A stretch of DNA of 62,575 nucleotides, the filler included. It is 3 parts of 3 records of this genome, joined end to end, with 100 filler letters (N's around TTAATTAATTAA, not from the genome) between each part and the next. Parts side by side here need not be neighbours in the genome. Positions count along the whole stretch, not along the records: positions 47,071 to 62,575 come from SRR20825006_1769; 2 more parts are not named here. One strand, written 5' to 3'. Position numbers and translations under genes: made by a program. The notes under the pieces were generated by a model, which searched no databases, had not been told where the DNA came from, and saw nothing but the letters and a program-made list of their open reading frames with translations. This document shows, in pieces, positions 48,460-59,448 of this stretch. How positions within the stretch are numbered: the first letter of the stretch is position 1; each line of letters starts with the position of its first letter.

Positions 48460-51012
48460 TTATCCACACTTCGAAGACCCACAATCTTTGCAAGTCAAAC
48501 ATCCTTCTTGATAAATTAATGAAGTGCTATTACAGTTTTCGCACTTCTGTTTTCTCGCCTCAGTGCCATCAGCTACGTAGCGTTTTAACGCACGGGCAAC
48601 GCCATTTTTCCATGTATTAATGCTTTCTGTGTCTAGCTGTAAACTATTAATCAATTCTACTGCTTTTTCAATAGGCATTCCGTGGCGAAGGGTGCTGGAA
48701 ATCAATTTTGCATAGTTCCAAAATTCTGGATTGAATTTATGCGAAAGCCCTTCAATAGTGGTTTTGTAACCTCTTTTGTTTTTGTATTGAAAATCGTAAC
48801 GCGAGCTGCCATCTTCGTTTCTATTCTTAATAATTACCCCTTCATTCACCCAACGCGGAATTAAAATTCCATCTTCGTCATCTGCAAAACCGGTAAAGAT
48901 TTCATAAGGTTTTCCGTCAATTAAGCCAATAAAAGCAATCCATTTGTCTTTGCTATTTTGGAAACGAACCACATCTGCTTCCAATATTTCTGGGCGTTTG
49001 GTGGGGAACGCTGTCAAGGTTTCATGTTCTTCTTCTTTCTTTTCTTCATTTGAAATCAACACACCCGAACGCGAACCATCACGATAAACGGTCACACCTT
49101 TGCAACCGGCTTGCCAAGCTTCCAAATAAAGTTTTCCAACCAATTCTTCGGTAGCATCATTTGGCAAATTTATTGTAACAGAAATGGAATGATCTACCCA
49201 TTTTTGTACGGCACCTTGCATGCGCACTTTGCTCAACCAATCTACATCGTTTGAAGTAGCTTTATAATAAGGAGACTTTTTTACAATTTTATTTAACTCT
49301 TCTTGGCTGTAATTTTTGTCGGTTGAAATTCCATTAACTTCCATCCACTGCTTAAAACGGTGATGAAAAACTACATATTCTTCCCAGCTGTCGCCCACTT
49401 CATCAACAAAATCTACACGTACATTTTTATCATTCGGGTTCACTTTTCTTCTTCTTTTATAAACGGGAAGAAATACTGGTTCAATTCCTGATGATGTTTG
49501 CGTCATTAAACTGGTGGTTCCAGTTGGTGCGATTGTTAGTAATGCTATGTTTCTTCTACCATATTCTAGCATATCGTAATAAAGCTTTTCATCGGCTTCT
49601 TTTAGGCGAAGAATAAATGGATTTTCTTTTTCTCTTTCACTGTCAAAAATAGCAAATGCACCACGTTCTTTTGCAGCATAAACTGAAGCGCGATACGCTT
49701 CTATAGCAAGAGTTTTGTGGATTTCAATTGAAAAATCAGTTCCTTCGTTACTGCCGTATTTTATGCCCAATGCAGCAAGCATATCACCTTCTGCGGTAAT
49801 GCCAATTCCAGTTCTACGACCTTCATTAGCTTTTGTTTGAATGTTTTTCCAAAGATTTCTTTCTACAGCTTTTACTTCATCACTTTGAGGATCTGCATCA
49901 ATTTTTGCGATAATAGCATCTACTTTTTCAAGCTCCAAATCGATAATATCATCCATTATTCTTTGCGCAATACCAATGTGTTTTTTGAAAAGTTCAAAAT
50001 TGAACTCAGCTTTAGAAGTAAATGGATTTTCTACATACGAAAATAAATTGATTGCCAATAAACGGCAGGAGTCATACGGGCAAAGCGGAATTTCGCCACA
50101 CGGATTTGTTGAAACGGTTTTGTAGCCCAAATCTGCATAACAATCTGGTACGGATTCATTGATAATTGTATCCCAAAAAAGAATACCGGGCTCTGCAGAT
50201 TTCCATGCGTTGTGAACTATTTTCGTCCAAAGTTTTTTAGCTTCAATCTCTTTAGAGAATTTTGGATTTTCACTAAATATTGGGTATTTCTGGGTGTAGT
50301 TTTTTCCATCTTTTACAGCTTCCATAAAAGCGTCGTCCATACGTACAGAAACGTTGGCACCAGTTACTTTTCCCTGTTCCATTTTGGCATCGATAAAATC
50401 TTCAGAATCGGGATGGTTTATAGAAACTGAAAGCATCAATGCGCCACGACGACCATCTTGCGCTACTTCGCGAGTTGAATTTGAATAACGCTCCATAAAA
50501 GGAACAATTCCTGTTGAAGTCAATGCAGAATTTTTCACCGGTGAGCCTTTTGGGCGTATGTGTGAAAGATCGTGCCCAACACCACCACGACGTTTCATTA
50601 ATTGAACTTGCTCTTGGTCAATTTTCATGATGCCACCATACGAATCTGAATCGCCATCGTTGCCAATTACAAAACAATTTGATAATGAAGCTACTTGAAA
50701 AGGATTGCCAATTCCGGCCATCGGACTTCCTTGCGGCACTATGTATTTAAAGTTTTTGATTGCGTCAAAAACTTCTGCTTCGGTCATGGGGTTGGTGTAT
50801 TTTTGCTCAACCCGCGCAATCTCTTTTGCAATACGGCGGTGCATTTGGTCTGGCGTTTTTTCATAAATATTACCGTCAGAATCTTTAAGGGCATATTTAT
50901 TTACCCAAACACGAGCGGCAAGGTCATCGCCTTTAAAATATTCAAGAGAGGCTTCAAAGGCTTCATCTTGGGTGTAAATAGTGTTGTTTTTAGGCGGATT
51001 TTCTATCTGCAT
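48460..51012 (-). CDS. nrdJ: Class II (adenosylcobalamin-dependent) ribonucleotide reductase
   Basis: SLSNCF, TNPCGE, IAPTGT, KGVTVYRDGSR and C-terminal CxxC..CxxCG.SKCG motifs. Confidence 0.93.
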   Translation of the reverse strand: MQIENPPKNNTIYTQDEAFEASLEYFKGDDLAARVWVNKYALKDSDGNIYEKTPDQMHRRIAKEIARVEQKYTNPMTEAEVFDAIKNFKYIVPQGSPMAGIGNPFQVASLSNCFVIGNDGDSDSYGGIMKIDQEQVQLMKRRGGVGHDLSHIRPKGSPVKNSALTSTGIVPFMERYSNSTREVAQDGRRGALMLSVSINHPDSEDFIDAKMEQGKVTGANVSVRMDDAFMEAVKDGKNYTQKYPIFSENPKFSKEIEAKKLWTKIVHNAWKSAEPGILFWDTIINESVPDCYADLGYKTVSTNPCGEIPLCPYDSCRLLAINLFSYVENPFTSKAEFNFELFKKHIGIAQRIMDDIIDLELEKVDAIIAKIDADPQSDEVKAVERNLWKNIQTKANEGRRTGIGITAEGDMLAALGIKYGSNEGTDFSIEIHKTLAIEAYRASVYAAKERGAFAIFDSEREKENPFILRLKEADEKLYYDMLEYGRRNIALLTIAPTGTTSLMTQTSSGIEPVFLPVYKRRRKVNPNDKNVRVDFVDEVGDSWEEYVVFHHRFKQWMEVNGISTDKNYSQEELNKIVKKSPYYKATSNDVDWLSKVRMQGAVQKWVDHSISVTINLPNDATEELVGKLYLEAWQAGCKGVTVYRDGSRSGVLISNEEKKEEEHETLTAFPTKRPEILEADVVRFQNSKDKWIAFIGLIDGKPYEIFTGFADDEDGILIPRWVNEGVIIKNRNEDGSSRYDFQYKNKRGYKTTIEGLSHKFNPEFWNYAKLISSTLRHGMPIEKAVELINSLQLDTESINTWKNGVARALKRYVADGTEARKQKCENCNSTSLIYQEGCLTCKDCGSSKCG

Positions 51013-51328
51013 GTTTCAAATATTTTTGTGATTGTAGTTTTCTTCTAAAGAATGTAAATGTAGGTAAATTGAAATCTTTAAACTTTGTTTTGTTTTAGAA
51101 GTTATCAAAAGTGAATTGTTAATTTATTGTTTTTCAGATAAATAAAAATTTATGAACATAAAAAAGTTTACAAATTTTTAAAATTATTATAAACTGGTTG
51201 CTCTTAATGATTGAGAACAAAGCGGTTGTGGAGTTGAGATAAAATCGCTTGTTTTTTTATTGTTTTTGATGTTGGAATACGTATTTAGGTAAAACAAATA
51301 AAGATGTGCATTACAGGCTTTATTTTTT

Positions 51329-51336
51329 TATATTTG
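51329..51336 (+). promoter_or_regulatory. Bacteroidota -7 element immediately before the start codon (near-leaderless transcript)
   Basis: TATATTTG ends 4 nt before the GTG at 51341. Confidence 0.6.
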
Positions 51337-51340
51337 GCGC

Positions 51341-51955
51341 GTGAACTGGAGATGGTACATTGCCGCATTTACAATAGCCCTTACTTTTTTTGGAGTAAGC
51401 TTGGAGCATGCTACAGCGCCCAATCAGGAAATTGTGCTTCAGTTTAATGCGAATTCTATTAGTGCTGATGAGGCTCAGCAGACTATTTCGAATATTACAG
51501 ACCAATTAAAATCATTAGGTGTTGAAGCGATTCGGGTTTCTGAAATACAGGATGGTAAGTTAAAAGTTACCTATTACAGTACGCTTGATGTTGCTGTAAT
51601 TGAAGCTTTATTTCAAACACAAAACGAGCTTCAAATTGGTTATGATGCATTTAATAATAAGGATGGTTCTTCTAATAATCCTTTTAATAATGATGTTACA
51701 ACCTATAAATTAGAGGTAGTAAAAATTCAAAAAGATTACGGGTCTGACATTGGTTTTCATGGCTTACTTGTTGAGATAAAGTCTGTAAAAGATTTATATT
51801 CAAACCAGTTTATTTCATTTGCAACAGCAGAAACTAACTTTAGTTTAAAGCCTGTTATTGAAAGAAAAATAGGTGAAAATAATCACAATGTTTCACTTCC
51901 AAAAACAAAAACTTCATACGAAATTCCAGAGGTTAGGGCTGGCCCAGTTTCTTAA
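51341..51955 (+). CDS. Exported upstream ORF with C-terminal RAGP motif; candidate translation-arrest peptide for secDF
   Basis: N-terminal hydrophobic signal/TM segment; ends SYEIPEVRAGPVS*; lies directly upstream of secDF on the same strand. Confidence 0.7.
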   Translation: MNWRWYIAAFTIALTFFGVSLEHATAPNQEIVLQFNANSISADEAQQTISNITDQLKSLGVEAIRVSEIQDGKLKVTYYSTLDVAVIEALFQTQNELQIGYDAFNNKDGSSNNPFNNDVTTYKLEVVKIQKDYGSDIGFHGLLVEIKSVKDLYSNQFISFATAETNFSLKPVIERKIGENNHNVSLPKTKTSYEIPEVRAGPVS

Positions 51956-52080
51956 GGGAATTCTACCTAACAAATACCCAAAATTCTAATATGTAATAAG
52001 GTCTCTGTTTGTATACACTCGGAGGCATTTCAAATTAATTTTAAATAAACCAGATAATTGTCAGATTTATAAGCAAATCA

Positions 52081-52088
52081 TATATTTG
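52081..52088 (+). promoter_or_regulatory. Bacteroidota -7 element upstream of secDF
   Basis: TATATTTG about 60 nt before the secDF ATG. Confidence 0.55.
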
Positions 52089-52146
52089 CGCTCCTGTTTC
52101 GAGGCTTCGGAATGGGTTAAAATAATTTGACCAAAAACAATAAAAC

Positions 52147-55100
52147 ATGCAAAATAAAGGACTCGTTACCGTATTTGCCATCCTTTTTGGATTGGTAAGT
52201 ATTTATCAGCTCTCTTTTACATTTGTTGCAAACAAAGTAGAGGATAGTGCCAAAGAATTTGCCAACAGCAAATTTTCTGAAGATCAACCCCATGAGCGCG
52301 ACTATGCAGAGACGCGTTATTTAGATTCTGTAGCTACAAACCCTGTTTTTTTAGGAATTGACTACAAAACTGCCAAAGAGAAAGAATTAAATAAAGGTCT
52401 TGACCTTAAGGGTGGTATCAATGTAATTCTTGAGGTTTCTGTTAAAGATATCTTGAGTGGTCTTGCAAATAATACTAAAGACCCTGCGTTTAATCAAGCT
52501 TTGCAAAGTGCAGACGAGCTTCAAAAGGATAGCCAAGATACGTATCTTGAGTCTTTCTTTAAAGCGTTTGAAGCACTTCCAGGTGAAAATAATCTTGCAT
52601 CGCCAGATATTTTCTTCAATAAAAACTTGGAAGATGTAATTGATGTTGGAATGACCAACGATCAGGTAAAGCCAGTTATTGAGCGTAAAATTGATGAGTC
52701 TATTACTTCTGCTTTTGAAGTTTTAAGAAAACGTATCGATAAGTTTGGTGTAACACAGCCAAACATTCAGCGTTTAGGAAAGTCAGCAAGAATACTTGTA
52801 GAACTTCCTGGAGCAAAAGATGTAGACCGTGTAAAAAAATTACTTCAAAGTACTGCACAACTTGAATTCTGGGATGTGTATAAATTTGAAGATATGGCAG
52901 GCTTCCTTCAAGCTGCCGACGCTAAAGCAGGTGAAATTGCAATGGCAAAATCTGCTACAGAAACAACCGAAACTGTTGAAGCAACTGAGGCTACAGAAAC
53001 TGCTGTAGATTCTACTAAAGCTGAAGATGACGATGTAAGTAAGCTTTTAGGAGGTGAAGATGTTAAAGATTCACTTGTAGATGATGGTAAAGCAAATCCA
53101 ATTCTTTCAAAAATGGTTTCTTTAGGAAGCCAAGGAGGACCAGTAATTGCTACTTTTAGATTGAAAGATACCGCTGCAATTGATAGCTATTTAAGAAACC
53201 CACAAATAAAATCGTTGTTGCCAAATGAATTGCGTTACGCAAAATTCGTTTGGAGTCTTCCAGAATCTAATCCAGGATTAAATGGTGAAGAAACCACAGC
53301 TTTATATGCTTTAAAAGGAAACCGTGATAACCTTCCTCCACTTGGTGGAAGTGTGGTAGTAGATGCAAGACAAGAATTTGACCAAATGAGTCGTGTTGTT
53401 GTTTCTATGCAAATGAATGGTAGAGGCGCTAAAGTTTGGGAACAGATGACAGGTGATGCGTACCAAAACCAAAGCCAGATTGCTATCGTGCTTGATAACA
53501 TTGTGTATTCTGCTCCAGGTGTAACTTCTGGTCCAATTGCAGGTGGTCGTAGCCAGATTTCTGGAAACTTTACAGTACCACAAGGTCAGGATTTAGCAAA
53601 CGTATTGCGTGCAGGTAAGTTGCCAGCTTCAGCAGAAATTATACAAGGTGAAGTTGTTGGGCCAACGTTGGGTCAAGAAGCAATTAACAGTGGGGTAATG
53701 TCTTTCGCTGTAGCACTTATCATTGTTCTTTTATGGATGATTGGTTATTATGGTAAAGCTGGTGCTTTTGCCGATGTTGCCTTAATGGTAAACATTCTAT
53801 TTATTTTCGGAATATTAGCAGGTTTGGGAGCTGTGCTTACGCTGCCAGGTATTGCAGGTATTGTATTAACCGTAGGTATGTCTGTAGATGCGAACGTACT
53901 TATCTTTGAACGAATAAAAGAAGAGCTTGCAAAAGGTAAAGCACAAAAAGATGCCATTAAAGATGGTTTTAATAATGCATTATCTTCAATTCTTGATGCG
54001 AACATAACAACGGGTCTTACCGGTTTAATCCTTTTGGTTTTTGGAACTGGTCCAATTCAAGGTTTTGCAACTACCTTATTAATAGGTATCGCAACTTCCT
54101 TGTTTACAGCAATTTTCATTACAAGATTGTTTATTGATCGTTATACTAAAAATGGTAAGCCATTGCCTTGCTCGACGTCAATTACTAAAAACCTTTTCAG
54201 AAATGTAAGTGTCGAATTCTTGAAGAAAAGAAAAGTTGCTTATATTATTTCTGGAGTTTTACTTTTAGTAAGTGTTACTTCATTATTTACGAATGGACTT
54301 AACCAAGGGGTCGATTTTGTTGGTGGACGTACATATACTGTTCGTTTTGCAAAAGATGTTAATTCTCAAGAAATTCAGAATGATCTTGTAAAAGCCTTCG
54401 GAAGTGCTGAAGCAAAAACTTACGGTGGTGATAACCAGTTGAAAATTACAACCAAATATAAGGTTGATGAAACTGGAACAGAAGTAGATGAAGAAATTGA
54501 AAGAATGCTGTTTGAAACAGTAAAAACGAATATGCCAGCAGATATGACCTATGATATGTTTGTAGGCGATCAGGACGGAAAAACTATTGGTAGAATGGAA
54601 TACTATAAAGTAAGTCCAACCATTGCAGATGATATTAAAAAAGACTCATTCTGGGCTGTATTTGGTTCGTTAGTGGTAGTTTTCTTATACATCCTTTTAC
54701 GTTTCAGAAGATGGCAATTTAGTTTGGGTGCGGTTGCTGCCGTATTCCACGATGTTGTTATTGTGTTAGGTGTTTTCTCTTTAACGTATAGATTTATGCC
54801 TTTTAGCATGGAAATAGATCAAGCATTTATTGCGGCAATTCTAACGGTAATTGGTTACTCGCTGAATGATACCGTAATTGTATTTGACCGTATTCGTGAA
54901 TACTTTGGGGAACACCCAACATGGAAAATGAACCGAATTATAGACGTTGCATTAAGTAGCACATTAAGTAGAACCTTAAATACATCGTTCACTACACTTA
55001 TCGTGTTATTATGTATGTTCTTCTTTGGTGCAGAATCTATCCGAGGCTTGTTGTTTGCAATTATAGTTGGTATCCTTGTAGGTACATACTCATCATTGTT

Positions 55101-55197
55101 TATCGCAACACCAATTATGTACGATACTGTGAAGCGTAAAAAAGTTGAAGATTTAATTGATAAAAAAGAAGAAGAGGAAGCTGCTCTTGAAGCATAA
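52147..55197 (+). CDS. secDF: Protein translocase subunit SecDF
   Basis: GLDLKGG, LTLPGIAG, VDANVLIFERI, GVDFVGG, FHDV and GYSLNDTVIVFDRIRE motifs. Confidence 0.97.
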   Translation: MQNKGLVTVFAILFGLVSIYQLSFTFVANKVEDSAKEFANSKFSEDQPHERDYAETRYLDSVATNPVFLGIDYKTAKEKELNKGLDLKGGINVILEVSVKDILSGLANNTKDPAFNQALQSADELQKDSQDTYLESFFKAFEALPGENNLASPDIFFNKNLEDVIDVGMTNDQVKPVIERKIDESITSAFEVLRKRIDKFGVTQPNIQRLGKSARILVELPGAKDVDRVKKLLQSTAQLEFWDVYKFEDMAGFLQAADAKAGEIAMAKSATETTETVEATEATETAVDSTKAEDDDVSKLLGGEDVKDSLVDDGKANPILSKMVSLGSQGGPVIATFRLKDTAAIDSYLRNPQIKSLLPNELRYAKFVWSLPESNPGLNGEETTALYALKGNRDNLPPLGGSVVVDARQEFDQMSRVVVSMQMNGRGAKVWEQMTGDAYQNQSQIAIVLDNIVYSAPGVTSGPIAGGRSQISGNFTVPQGQDLANVLRAGKLPASAEIIQGEVVGPTLGQEAINSGVMSFAVALIIVLLWMIGYYGKAGAFADVALMVNILFIFGILAGLGAVLTLPGIAGIVLTVGMSVDANVLIFERIKEELAKGKAQKDAIKDGFNNALSSILDANITTGLTGLILLVFGTGPIQGFATTLLIGIATSLFTAIFITRLFIDRYTKNGKPLPCSTSITKNLFRNVSVEFLKKRKVAYIISGVLLLVSVTSLFTNGLNQGVDFVGGRTYTVRFAKDVNSQEIQNDLVKAFGSAEAKTYGGDNQLKITTKYKVDETGTEVDEEIERMLFETVKTNMPADMTYDMFVGDQDGKTIGRMEYYKVSPTIADDIKKDSFWAVFGSLVVVFLYILLRFRRWQFSLGAVAAVFHDVVIVLGVFSLTYRFMPFSMEIDQAFIAAILTVIGYSLNDTVIVFDRIREYFGEHPTWKMNRIIDVALSSTLSRTLNTSFTTLIVLLCMFFFGAESIRGLLFAIIVGILVGTYSSLFIATPIMYDTVKRKKVEDLIDKKEEEEAALEA

Positions 55198-55218
55198 TCC
55201 CTGATTTTTCTTCGGAAT

Positions 55219-55254
55219 AAAAAAAGACCTTTCCAATTTGGAAAGGTCTTTTTT
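55219..55254. terminator. Bidirectional intrinsic terminator
   Basis: AAAAAAGACCTTTCCA-ATT-TGGAAAGGTCTTTTTT. Confidence 0.9.
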
Positions 55255-55318
55255 GTTTTTGAAATCTAGCGTATTAAAGCTTTTACAGAGTAATTAAATA
55301 CACGGCTAATTTCTACGT

Positions 55319-55813
55319 TTAATTTTTTGTGTACTGAATTTTATCACCTTTCTCTAATTGCCATACATCGGAAAGCCCTGCGTTTACTTCAAGTACGTAT
55401 TGAGCAAGCCCGTCTGATGGTAAAGAAGATTCGGTGAAAGGTTTTGTGTTTTTTTGAAAACTGATTATCTTCTTTTCAGCATCTAGATAAATAATATCGA
55501 GTGCAATTTCAGTGTTTTTCATATAAAATGATCGTTGGCGCGAATCATCAAAAACAAAAAGCATACCTTGATTTTTTTCCATGGAATGACGGTACATCAA
55601 CCCTGTTTGAGTAGAATATTCATCATCTGCAATTTCAATATCCAAACTTGCAATTAAGGAATCATTATTCGCTTTTAGAAGCTTTAATTCACCTTCTTTG
55701 TTGAATAAAATTTCTTTGGTAAGACTTTTGCTTTCTGAGCTAGTACTGTCTTTACAGTTGTAAAGTGAGAAAAGTGAAGCTACAATTGCAGCCGAAATAA
55801 GTATTTTTTTCAT
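55319..55813 (-). CDS. DUF192 lipoprotein
   Basis: GLMYR, GMLFVF, FYMKNT and YVLEVNAG motifs. Confidence 0.92.
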   Translation of the reverse strand: MKKILISAAIVASLFSLYNCKDSTSSESKSLTKEILFNKEGELKLLKANNDSLIASLDIEIADDEYSTQTGLMYRHSMEKNQGMLFVFDDSRQRSFYMKNTEIALDIIYLDAEKKIISFQKNTKPFTESSLPSDGLAQYVLEVNAGLSDVWQLEKGDKIQYTKN

Positions 55814-55882
55814 TTGAATATATTTTACCCAGAATACATATAGGATTTTAAAATGATTTGCCTATTCACTGGGTATTTTTAT

Positions 55883-56812
55883 TTAATCAATAAGTGGCTT
55901 TTTTGAAGCTTTCCACATAATGTAAATACCTGCAATTACAAATGGAACACTTAGCCACTGACCTGTGGAAAGCAGTCCAAGCGCAGACTCAAATCCACCT
56001 TGGCTTTCTTTTACATATTCTACAATAAAACGAACCATAAAAAGAAGGATTAAGAATACTCCAAAAATATAACCAATCTGTTTTCTGCGCTCCGTTTTCC
56101 AATATAAATACCAACATACCAAAAATACAATCACGTATCCTGCTGCTTCATAAAGTTGTGCAGGATGGCGAAAAGGTACAGTATTCAATATTTCTGAAAA
56201 CTGAGGATTGCTTACTATAGCATCATATGCTTTACTCGGATTCTGAATTCCAGTTGCGTTTACAGCTTCTTGTTTGCTGATGCCTTCATGCACAAAACGA
56301 ACTCCCAAAGGGAAATCTTCTGAAGGCTTTCCGATGATTTCAGAATTCATAAAATTTCCGATACGCACAAATATTCCACCGCAAGCTACCGCAATAACAA
56401 TACGATCCATTATCCACAAAAAAGGTTTCTTAATTACGTTTTTGCTATAATAATACATTGCAATTAATATAGCGATTGCTGCGCCATGACTTGCCAAACC
56501 TTGAAAACCAGTAAATTCAAATTCTGGAACAGTGCTAATGGGTAAAAATACCGAAAGCGGATCTTGTACAAAAAGTTCAGGTTGGTAGAAAATAACATGA
56601 CCCAAACGTGCGCCAATAAGGGTGGCCACTACCATGTATATAAAAAGGCTGTCAAGTTTTTCTTGTGGCTGACCTTCTCTTTCATAAATCTTTTTTGTGA
56701 TAATCCAGCCCAGTGTGAATGCTACGACGAACATTAAACTGTAAAAACGAATCATAAAAAAACCAAGATCAATCCCTTCTGAAGGATTCCATGTAAAACT
56801 TAAATAATGCAT
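55883..56812 (-). CDS. lgt: Prolipoprotein diacylglyceryl transferase
   Basis: GARLGHV, LASHG, RIGNFMNSE, HPAQLYE and GQWLS motifs. Confidence 0.96.
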   Translation of the reverse strand: MHYLSFTWNPSEGIDLGFFMIRFYSLMFVVAFTLGWIITKKIYEREGQPQEKLDSLFIYMVVATLIGARLGHVIFYQPELFVQDPLSVFLPISTVPEFEFTGFQGLASHGAAIAILIAMYYYSKNVIKKPFLWIMDRIVIAVACGGIFVRIGNFMNSEIIGKPSEDFPLGVRFVHEGISKQEAVNATGIQNPSKAYDAIVSNPQFSEILNTVPFRHPAQLYEAAGYVIVFLVCWYLYWKTERRKQIGYIFGVFLILLFMVRFIVEYVKESQGGFESALGLLSTGQWLSVPFVIAGIYIMWKASKKPLID

Positions 56813-56876
56813 ATTAAAGATTTTATTGCGCTGTGTAAAGATAGCAAAAGCGAAAAAGTATTATAGCGCATATTTT

Positions 56877-57110
56877 TCATTTCTTTTTTGGTGGTACTGG
56901 ATCATGACCAGAACCGCCCCATGGATTGCAACTTGCAATACGTTTTATAGCCAACCAGCCACCTTTTATTAAACCATGAGTTTGCAATGCTTCTACGGTA
57001 TAATAGGAGCAAGTTGGGTTATAACGGCAGGTTGCAGGTGTAAATGGTGAGATAAATTGTTGATATCCTTTTATTAAAAGTATAAAAGGATATGTTATAA
57101 TTTTTTTCAC
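56877..57110 (-). CDS. yidD: Membrane protein insertion efficiency factor
   Basis: [15 protein letters not shown] and [13 protein letters not shown] motifs. Confidence 0.95.
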   Translation of the reverse strand: MKKIITYPFILLIKGYQQFISPFTPATCRYNPTCSYYTVEALQTHGLIKGGWLAIKRIASCNPWGGSGHDPVPPKKK

Positions 57111-57118
57111 CTTACTTA

Positions 57119-58594
57119 TTAATTTAATGAAAAAGTAGTTCCGTCTTTCCCGTCTTTTAGCTGAATTCCTTTTGCAGAAAGTTCGTCGCGTATTTTATCG
57201 CTCATTGCAAAATCTTTATTGGCACGTGCTTGGTTTCTTAATTGAATAAGAAGCTCAATTGCACCTGAAAGTTTTTCAGTGTCTAAAGAAGTTTCTGAAG
57301 CAACATCTTGCAATCCTAAAACATCAAAAAGAAAGTCGCTCATTGTCTGTTTTAGTAATTGTAAATCATTTTCAGAAATAATATCCTTTCCTTCTTTTAT
57401 TGAATTCGCAAATTTTACTGTTTCAAACAAGTTTGCAATCAAAATGGGGCTGTTAAAATCGTCATTCATTGCGTCATAACAAGACTTTCTCCAGCTTTCA
57501 ACGGCTATGCTGCTTTTTTCTGAAGTTGTAAGTTCGTCCAGCATTCTGTAGGCATCCATTAATTTATTGTATCCCTTTTCAGAAGCTTCTAATGCTTCGC
57601 TACTAAAGTCTAAAATGCTTCGGTAATGTGCTTGATACATAAAAAACTTTGTAACAGTAGGGGAGAATGGTTTGCTTAAAACATCGTTTTCTCCTGTAAA
57701 CATTTCATTCGGAAGAATATAGTTTCCAGTAGATTTCGACATTTTTTTACCGTTCAGTGTAAGCATGTTGGCATGCATCCAGTAATTCACGGGTGAAACA
57801 TGATTGCAAGCTTCTGCTTGTGCAATTTCGCATTCGTGATGTGGGAATTTCAAATCCATTCCGCCACCGTGAATATCGAAGTTGTTTCCTAAATATTTGG
57901 TGCTCATCGCTGTACATTCTAGGTGCCAACCTGGAAAACCTTCGCTCCAAGGTGATGGCCAGCGCATAATGTGTTGCGGTTCCGCTTTTTTCCAAAGGGC
58001 GAAATCTTGCGGGTTTTTCTTGTCTGTTTGTGCAGCAAGTTCGCGTGTATTGGCAATCATATCTTCTAATAACCTTCCGCTTAGTTTGCCGTAATTATTA
58101 GATTCGTTAAATTTTACAACATCAAAATATACAGAGCCGTTTCTTTCGTAAGCAAAACCTTGCTTGATTATTTTTTCAACAATATGAATTTGTTCATAAA
58201 TATGCCCAGTTGCGGTAGGTTCAATACTTGGTGGCAAAGCGTTGAATTTTGCCATGGTTGTATGAAAATCTACCGTGTATTTTTGAACCACTTCCATGGG
58301 TTCCAATTGTTCGATTCGCGCTTTTTTCAGAATAGGATCATCGCCACTTTCACCATCGTTTTCTAAGTGCCCCGCATCGGTAATATTTCGTACATAACGA
58401 ACTTTGAAGTCTAAATGCTTCAAATATCTAAAAACCAAATCGAAAGAAAGAAAAGTTCGGCAATTTCCCAAATGTACATTACTGTAAACTGTTGGGCCAC
58501 AAACGTACATTCCTACGGCACCTTCATGAATTGGATTAAATTTTTCCTTGCTTTTAGTAAGCGAATTGTAAATGTATAATTCTTGCTGTTTCAA
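57119..58594 (-). CDS. cysS: Cysteinyl-tRNA synthetase
   Basis: CGPTVY, HLGN, PGWHLEC, FPHHE and KMSKS motifs. Confidence 0.97.
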   Translation of the reverse strand: MKQQELYIYNSLTKSKEKFNPIHEGAVGMYVCGPTVYSNVHLGNCRTFLSFDLVFRYLKHLDFKVRYVRNITDAGHLENDGESGDDPILKKARIEQLEPMEVVQKYTVDFHTTMAKFNALPPSIEPTATGHIYEQIHIVEKIIKQGFAYERNGSVYFDVVKFNESNNYGKLSGRLLEDMIANTRELAAQTDKKNPQDFALWKKAEPQHIMRWPSPWSEGFPGWHLECTAMSTKYLGNNFDIHGGGMDLKFPHHECEIAQAEACNHVSPVNYWMHANMLTLNGKKMSKSTGNYILPNEMFTGENDVLSKPFSPTVTKFFMYQAHYRSILDFSSEALEASEKGYNKLMDAYRMLDELTTSEKSSIAVESWRKSCYDAMNDDFNSPILIANLFETVKFANSIKEGKDIISENDLQLLKQTMSDFLFDVLGLQDVASETSLDTEKLSGAIELLIQLRNQARANKDFAMSDKIRDELSAKGIQLKDGKDGTTFSLN

Positions 58595-58644
58595 TTTTTT
58601 CGATATAATTGGTGAATTGGGATTTTTTTAGCTGAGCGAATAGT

Positions 58645-59325
58645 TTAGTACTCAGTATCCAGTTTTATATAATCTAAAAACTCGCGTCGTGTTTCTGGGT
58701 TTTTGAAAGCGCCACCAAACTCGCTGGTTACTGTGCTGCTATCAATATCACGAATGCCACGAGAGTTTACACACAGGTGTTTTGCGTCAATAACACAAGC
58801 AACATCTTCTGTATTTAAAACTTCTTGTAATTCTTTAACTATTTGCATTGTTAAACGTTCTTGAACTTGAGGGCGTTTTGCATAATAATCAACGATTCTA
58901 TTCATTTTTGAAAGTCCAACTACAGTGCCGTTAGAAATGTATGCAATGTGTGCTTTCCCTACAATTGGAAGTAAGTGGTGTTCGCAAGTAGAGTAGAGCG
59001 TAATGTTCTTTTCTACAAGCATTTCTTGGTATTTGTACTTATTTTCGAATGTAGAAGCTTTTGGTTTTCTGTCTGGATGAAGTCCGCCAAAAATCTCTTG
59101 AACAAACATTTTGGCAACTCTTGTAGGCGTACCTTTTAAACTATCGTCATTCAGATCGAGCCCTAAAGTTTGCATGATGTTGTGAACATCTTTTTTAATA
59201 CTTGCGATTTTTTCAATGTCGCTAAGTTCAAAGGCGTTAGAACGCATTGGGGTTTCTGTAGAACTACCAATGTGGTCATCACCCATTGCTTCTATTTCTT
59301 TTAGTTGTTTTTCTAAATCCATCAA
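58645..59325 (-). CDS. folE: GTP cyclohydrolase I
   Basis: TPTRVAKM, CEHH, GLSK, QVQERLT and HLCVNSRG motifs. Confidence 0.97.
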   Translation of the reverse strand: MMDLEKQLKEIEAMGDDHIGSSTETPMRSNAFELSDIEKIASIKKDVHNIMQTLGLDLNDDSLKGTPTRVAKMFVQEIFGGLHPDRKPKASTFENKYKYQEMLVEKNITLYSTCEHHLLPIVGKAHIAYISNGTVVGLSKMNRIVDYYAKRPQVQERLTMQIVKELQEVLNTEDVACVIDAKHLCVNSRGIRDIDSSTVTSEFGGAFKNPETRREFLDYIKLDTEY

Positions 59326-59448
59326 TTAAAATCTCGTTTTTTAGGCCTGCAAAGATACGCAATAGCATTTTGGTATTGAAAAGTGGTTGTTTTTATTTTA
59401 AGTGTTTTTATGTAACTGTTGTAAATTAATATTAGTTTTTTGAGGTAT

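Noticed and set aside
48460-51012. Intein or intron in nrdJ
   Set aside because: Length and motif spacing are ordinary; no splicing or endonuclease motifs seen.
51013-51320. Cobalamin riboswitch or NrdR boxes upstream of nrdJ
   Set aside because: The region is very AT-rich with no recognisable B12 box or convincing NrdR palindrome.
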